Of a DNA stretch of 64,000 nt, positions 59,591-64,000 are shown in pieces. The notes under the pieces are model-generated. The model was given only the letters and a program-made list of their open reading frames with translations, was not told the origin of the DNA and did no database searches. Position 1 is the stretch's first letter; every line of letters starts with the position of its first letter. Position numbers and translations under genes: made by a program. This DNA comes from the human T2T-CHM13v2.0 reference genome, Homo sapiens. The stretch lies in NCBI RefSeq assembly GCF_009914755.1, contig NC_060934.1; one strand, 5' to 3'.

Positions 59591-59948
59591 TTTGTTGCAC
59601 ACCACACCACCTCTGGCCTAAGTATACAGGTTGGGACTGTTCCAGTAACATCTCCACACCCAAGAAAGGCTCTGAGCTGTTCCCAAAGTAACTTTAGCTA
59701 AATACTCTCTCTCATCTTCCTGCCTCCCCAGTAGGAGGCCCTCTTCCCACCATTCTCAATGAAGCACTACCAGTAAGGGCCAGAAACTCCTTATTTTGGG
59801 TGGCACTGGGGCTGTCTGCATTGTAAGGCAGGGGAGTTTTCAAAAGCTGAGAACTGTAACACTGTACCACAAATGAACCCATACACACTGACATCCGGGG
59901 AGGGTCCTATGCCCCACTAACCTTCCTTATCTTAAAAAAAGAATTTTC

Positions 59949-60270
<322 letters not shown>

Positions 60271-62074
60271 TCACTTTTTCATGGCTCCCCACCTGCGCCC
60301 TCCCTCTCCCTATGGATCAGTGCTCTGTTGAGTCATCTAAATTTAGTTAGTACATTGGAGCTGCTGCTCTGAAATGCTCGGAAATGCAGCTGCTCTGAAA
60401 TGGGGATCCAGCCAGAGTGCTGAATCATGAGCCAATCATATCTTCTCCATACCTTTGCTCTTTTCCCCATTCCTCACTGTACTCCTTTCTGGAGACTGCC
60501 TATGGCCTTGCTGTAAGAATATGTGGGGAAATAAAGGCCACAGGTGGGCTCCTGCACAATCTAGGGGACTTGAGACTTTCCCCGAGTGCTGGGTGGGTGT
60601 ATTCTGTCCCACACCTTTGTCTCCACACACTCCACTCTGCTTTGGCCAACCGGCCAGTGTTTCTAAAATACGACTTAGCATCTGAGGATTGAGCAGTCTA
60701 TGAATTATTTCATAGTTTGAATTCAAGTTTCATGGTTTGAATTCAAGTAGTATTCTTTGTAGAAGTCATTTGGTAATGTCTTTGAGACCAATATTTCAAA
60801 AAACAAACTGGGAACTGGTTTGAATGGTAAAGCGACTTCATTATTAACCAAGAAGTTCTAAAACTATCAAACAGTGGAGGTCTGATATTCCCTATTTGAA
60901 ACTGGGTAAAGCGTGATCAACAGACAAACCACAACACAATCTTTCAGATATTTCTATCCCTACTCTCTTATTCCCAAATTTACAAAACTATTTGCAAAAA
61001 GACAAAGATTAAGTTTTCTCTTGTACTATTTGAGGCAAATCATGTCTACAAACACTGGCTTTTAAAATCAGACATTAAAAAAAGATGTAAGATCCATCAG
61101 CTTATCAATTAGAATTTAGTTCTTTCTCTGTTTAGGTAACTTCCTTGAGCACAAAATATTATGACCATACCTGGGCTGAGTTTCAGCAAACAGGGCTGGC
61201 CACACGTATGGTGCTTTCATCCAAGACTGAGATTATCAGTAGGATGAGTGCTGAAACTCCACTTTTCTAAGAAAATGATTTTGCAGCCAGGATGGCCAGA
61301 AGCTTCAAATGACAACTTTACTGATTCGAGGTAATTTCCCAGGAATTTAAGAGGCAATCATTTACTTCTGACTTTCAAAGAGAACTGGGCTTGAAAAGTA
61401 CAGTTCCATCTAAAATTGATCAGCTAGCGACAACCCTCTGAAGTTACTTGGGAGTGAGGGAAAGCAGTTGAGACCCCTACACATCTGGACTGAACTATCT
61501 AGTTCATTTTCCAGGTTGTAAATTTTCTGGTCCCAAAGACTACTTGAAAATAACTTTTTACCAAGCAAGTAGACTTTTTATTAGCTGAAGTACTAAATTT
61601 TTTAAAAAATTATTTTGATATGGAACACTACAGCTATAAGACTTGCCAACAACTAATCTTCAATGAAATGTGCATTTAAGAAAATAGCAAAATTACAAGA
61701 AACAAAAATCTGAGTCCTGAAAACATGGATTTTAAATTATTGTAGATGACAATCTTATTAAAATACTGCTCTATATCATATTCAAATAAACCAGAGAATT
61801 TAATAAATATCAGCATTTACCATCTAACTTGATACTATGGTTGAGATTAAAAGGGTTTTGCTGCCTGGACATTTTTGACATTTGTCAATCTATATAAGCA
61901 GAAAACATCTGAACAAAAGGAAGGACACATGCATGTTTTCACTGAGAGCTGTACTTGAAGAACAGCCTATATTCTGCTAAATTTCAATCTTCAAATTTTG
62001 ATCTTTTTATTTATTCTGAAAGTCTAAGATATTAAGAATCAGTACGTATTTTAAAATAAGACTGCATATAGTTA

Positions 62075-62262
62075 GAAAAATATGCTTCGAGAGCTTATAT
62101 TTTATTTCGTTAAGAAAATAAAACCATGTACAAAAATCATTTCTGTTCACTCACACCAATCCTGTTGTTTGATCTTTGTGACTAAGCACCACCATAAAGC
62201 ACGAAGCTCTGAAGGAAGGTGGCGGCAGAGCTCTCTCCTTAACCCCAGGCTGCCTTGGGGTC
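62075..62262 (-). other. ZNF438: ZNF438 3'UTR (short); exact cleavage site uncertain
   Basis: Sequence between the stop codon (62263-62265) and a point just past the AATAAA hexamer on the minus strand. Confidence 0.65.
62101..62106 (-). terminator. Polyadenylation signal AATAAA for ZNF438
   Basis: Plus-strand TTTATT at 62101-62106, ~160 nt past the stop. The minus strand is T-rich further downstream. Overlapping alternative hexamers lie at ~62005-62015. Confidence 0.65.
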
Positions 62263-62875
62263 TCATTTCTCAGCTTCACTGGAAAGTTCGATCACTCCCT
62301 GGTTGGAGACCGTATTTAAAATAGCCCACAGTTTGGAAGGGTCCTCACAGTTATGCTGGTGCTTCCAGTGGTGGAGGAGGTCCTCTTTCCGTCCCAGCAT
62401 CTCTGCACAAAGCAGGCAGTTAAAGCCTGAATGGGACCACAAGAGAAACGTGTGGAGGCCAGGACACTCAGGGCCCTGGCAGGTTTCCCTTGGCTTGTTG
62501 GTTCCTGACTGGGGTCCTTCATTTTCCATGAGCATTTCCACGCCATTCTGATGAAGGTGGAGCTGCCTTTTCAGTCTTGGACATGCATGTGATTCCTCGG
62601 AGGAGGAATGAACCTTCTCCGGCTTCCCTCTCTCAGGATGCCTTTTCCAGTCGGGGCTAGCGTGCTGCACCAACTCTTCCTGAGTCCCCTTGCTTCCTGG
62701 GAAGGTCCCTTCTTGTAGCCTGCCCTCAATTTCCTCTCCATGAACATCAAGTAAATGAAATTTTATTTCCGCAAAAGACTGAGCAGTAATCTGACAACGA
62801 CCACATTTGATTTGTAATTTGACTTCGTCTGCCTGGTTTAGAAGGAAGTCTTCTTCCAGGTTGGACTTGTTTTCC
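62263..62875 (-). CDS. ZNF438: Terminal coding exon of zinc finger protein 438 (C-terminal ~203 aa + stop)
   Basis: The minus-strand acceptor ...ttggccttttCAG|G at 62876/62875 opens a frame continuous with the listed ORF 62263..62673. It reads ENKSNLEEDFLLNQADEVKLQIKCGRCQITAQSFAEIKFHLLDVH...FNCLLCAEMLGRKEDLLHHWKHQH...NQGVIELSSEAEK*, with two C-x2-C...H-x4-H fingers. Gene identity is recalled from the C-terminal sequence, not database-checked. Confidence 0.88.
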
Positions 62876-64000
62876 CTGAAAAGGCCAATAATAATGAAGA
62901 TAAGATTTCATGGAAAAATGCAATTGGAACCTTTCCTCTCAGCTGTCAGCCTTCAGGGATCTAAAACATAACACTGACGAGAAAGACAAGGGCTGGGGTA
63001 AACAGAGAGCACCTGGGAAGACCTTCTGCAAGGACCGTGGTGAATACTAATTGTCACTCCTGCTTGTGGCCACACATTTCTCCAGCTACCAGGGTTCATT
63101 TAGTCAACAGTCCTCTTCACGCATCTGTCCCAGGCGAGCTAACTCGTCTTTGGTTACCACAGGGACAGGAGCAATCACGTGGAAGAGTCACGTAAGAGCG
63201 CGTGAAGGGCACGGGAACACCCTCGGTTCTGTTGAAGGTAACGGTCCCACCCTACCCACTGTGGCTCTCCCTAACCTTGAGCACCAATACCTTCTATTCA
63301 ATTTTGGCTCACTCTGTCATGTTCAGTAAAAATAAAGGGTGCCTACCCTATTTCTTCCTTGCTTTTCTAGAGTTTCTCCTTTTTCTTAGACGTTTCTGTC
63401 CCCTTTAAGACCTCTGTGCCTTTCACTAATGAACCATGAAACCTCACTTCTTCCTTCTTTTCCTAGAGTTAGATTTTGATTTTTAGGTACAATGTCCAAA
63501 CTACATTTGGCAAGAGCGTCTGTTTTCATTTGGGGAAGAGGAGAAGATTTCATATTCAGAAAGGAGCCAGTGAGCACCCAGCTGAAGGTGCAGCCGGGAC
63601 TTGTGGGGCTAGTCCTGAGAGTGTCAGGTTCATGTGTGCAGGGTTGGCCAGGGCCACTGCACTACCTGCACCTTGCCTGCTGTTGCTGCTGGGAAAACAT
63701 GGAGAGGAGGTGGGCAGTCCCTGAAACCTGCCGTCATGAGAGCCACTGCGATGGGGCCAGGCTGAGTCACCTGCTGGCAGGGGAAAACAGCACACTAGGG
63801 CATGCAGGAGTGGGTAGAGAGGGGCCCTGAGGCAGAGCTGGGCCAGGGGTGGTGCCACACTTCATGGAGCCAGTGGGAGCTGGGGACAAGCACGAGCCCT
63901 GCCCTTTCCAAGTTGACGGTGTGGGAGCTTACCAGGCACAACTGCCTGCAGCTGCCCAAGCTGCAGCTGTGACCCAGGCACCCCTGTGCTCTTGGAAGCT
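62876..64000 (-). other. ZNF438: Last intron of ZNF438 (3' part)
   Basis: Lies upstream of the pyrimidine-rich CAG acceptor at 62876-62878 on the minus strand. Confidence 0.75.
63616..64000 (+). mobile_element. MER52-family ERV1 LTR (runs off window), intronic and antisense to ZNF438
   Basis: gagccagtgggagctggggacaagc...cagctgcccaagctgcagctgtgacccaggcacccctgtgctcttgg resembles the MER52 5' region. Confidence 0.65.

Noticed and set aside
60360-60747. Short imperfect duplications (GCTGCTCTGAAATG x2; CAT.GTTTGAATTCAAGT x2)
   Set aside because: Ordinary micro-duplications with no evident function.

Overview
This is human (primate) genomic DNA, mostly intergenic and repeat-rich, with about 22 Alu elements plus L1, L2, MIR, MaLR LTRs, DNA-transposon relics and a fragmented ERVL provirus. 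The only protein-coding sequence I can support is a minus-strand terminal exon (62875->62263) encoding two degenerate C2H2-like fingers and ending ...NQGVIELSSEAEK*. I recognise it from memory as the last exon of ZNF438 (chr10p11.23), with a short 3'UTR and AATAAA near 62101. The other ORF-track entries look like chance or repeat-derived ORFs. A strong CpG island sits at ~2.2-2.95 kb with no coding gene attached in the window, and a weaker CpG-rich block sits at ~36.2-37.0 kb. Best second-look items: (1) a CpG-retaining relic at ~29.0-29.3 kb whose minus strand carries ordered, frameshifted motifs of a Penelope-like reverse transcriptase; (2) a perfect six-pentamer heat-shock element at 32332-32361; (3) a 198-bp local duplication whose upstream copy has an A-rich tail and possible TSDs; (4) a near-perfect 72-bp tandem duplication, a trimeric Alu within one TSD, and head-to-tail MADE1/Hsmar1 TIRs. 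I see no evidence for a new multi-gene system. Repeat subfamilies and boundaries were called by eye and are approximate.
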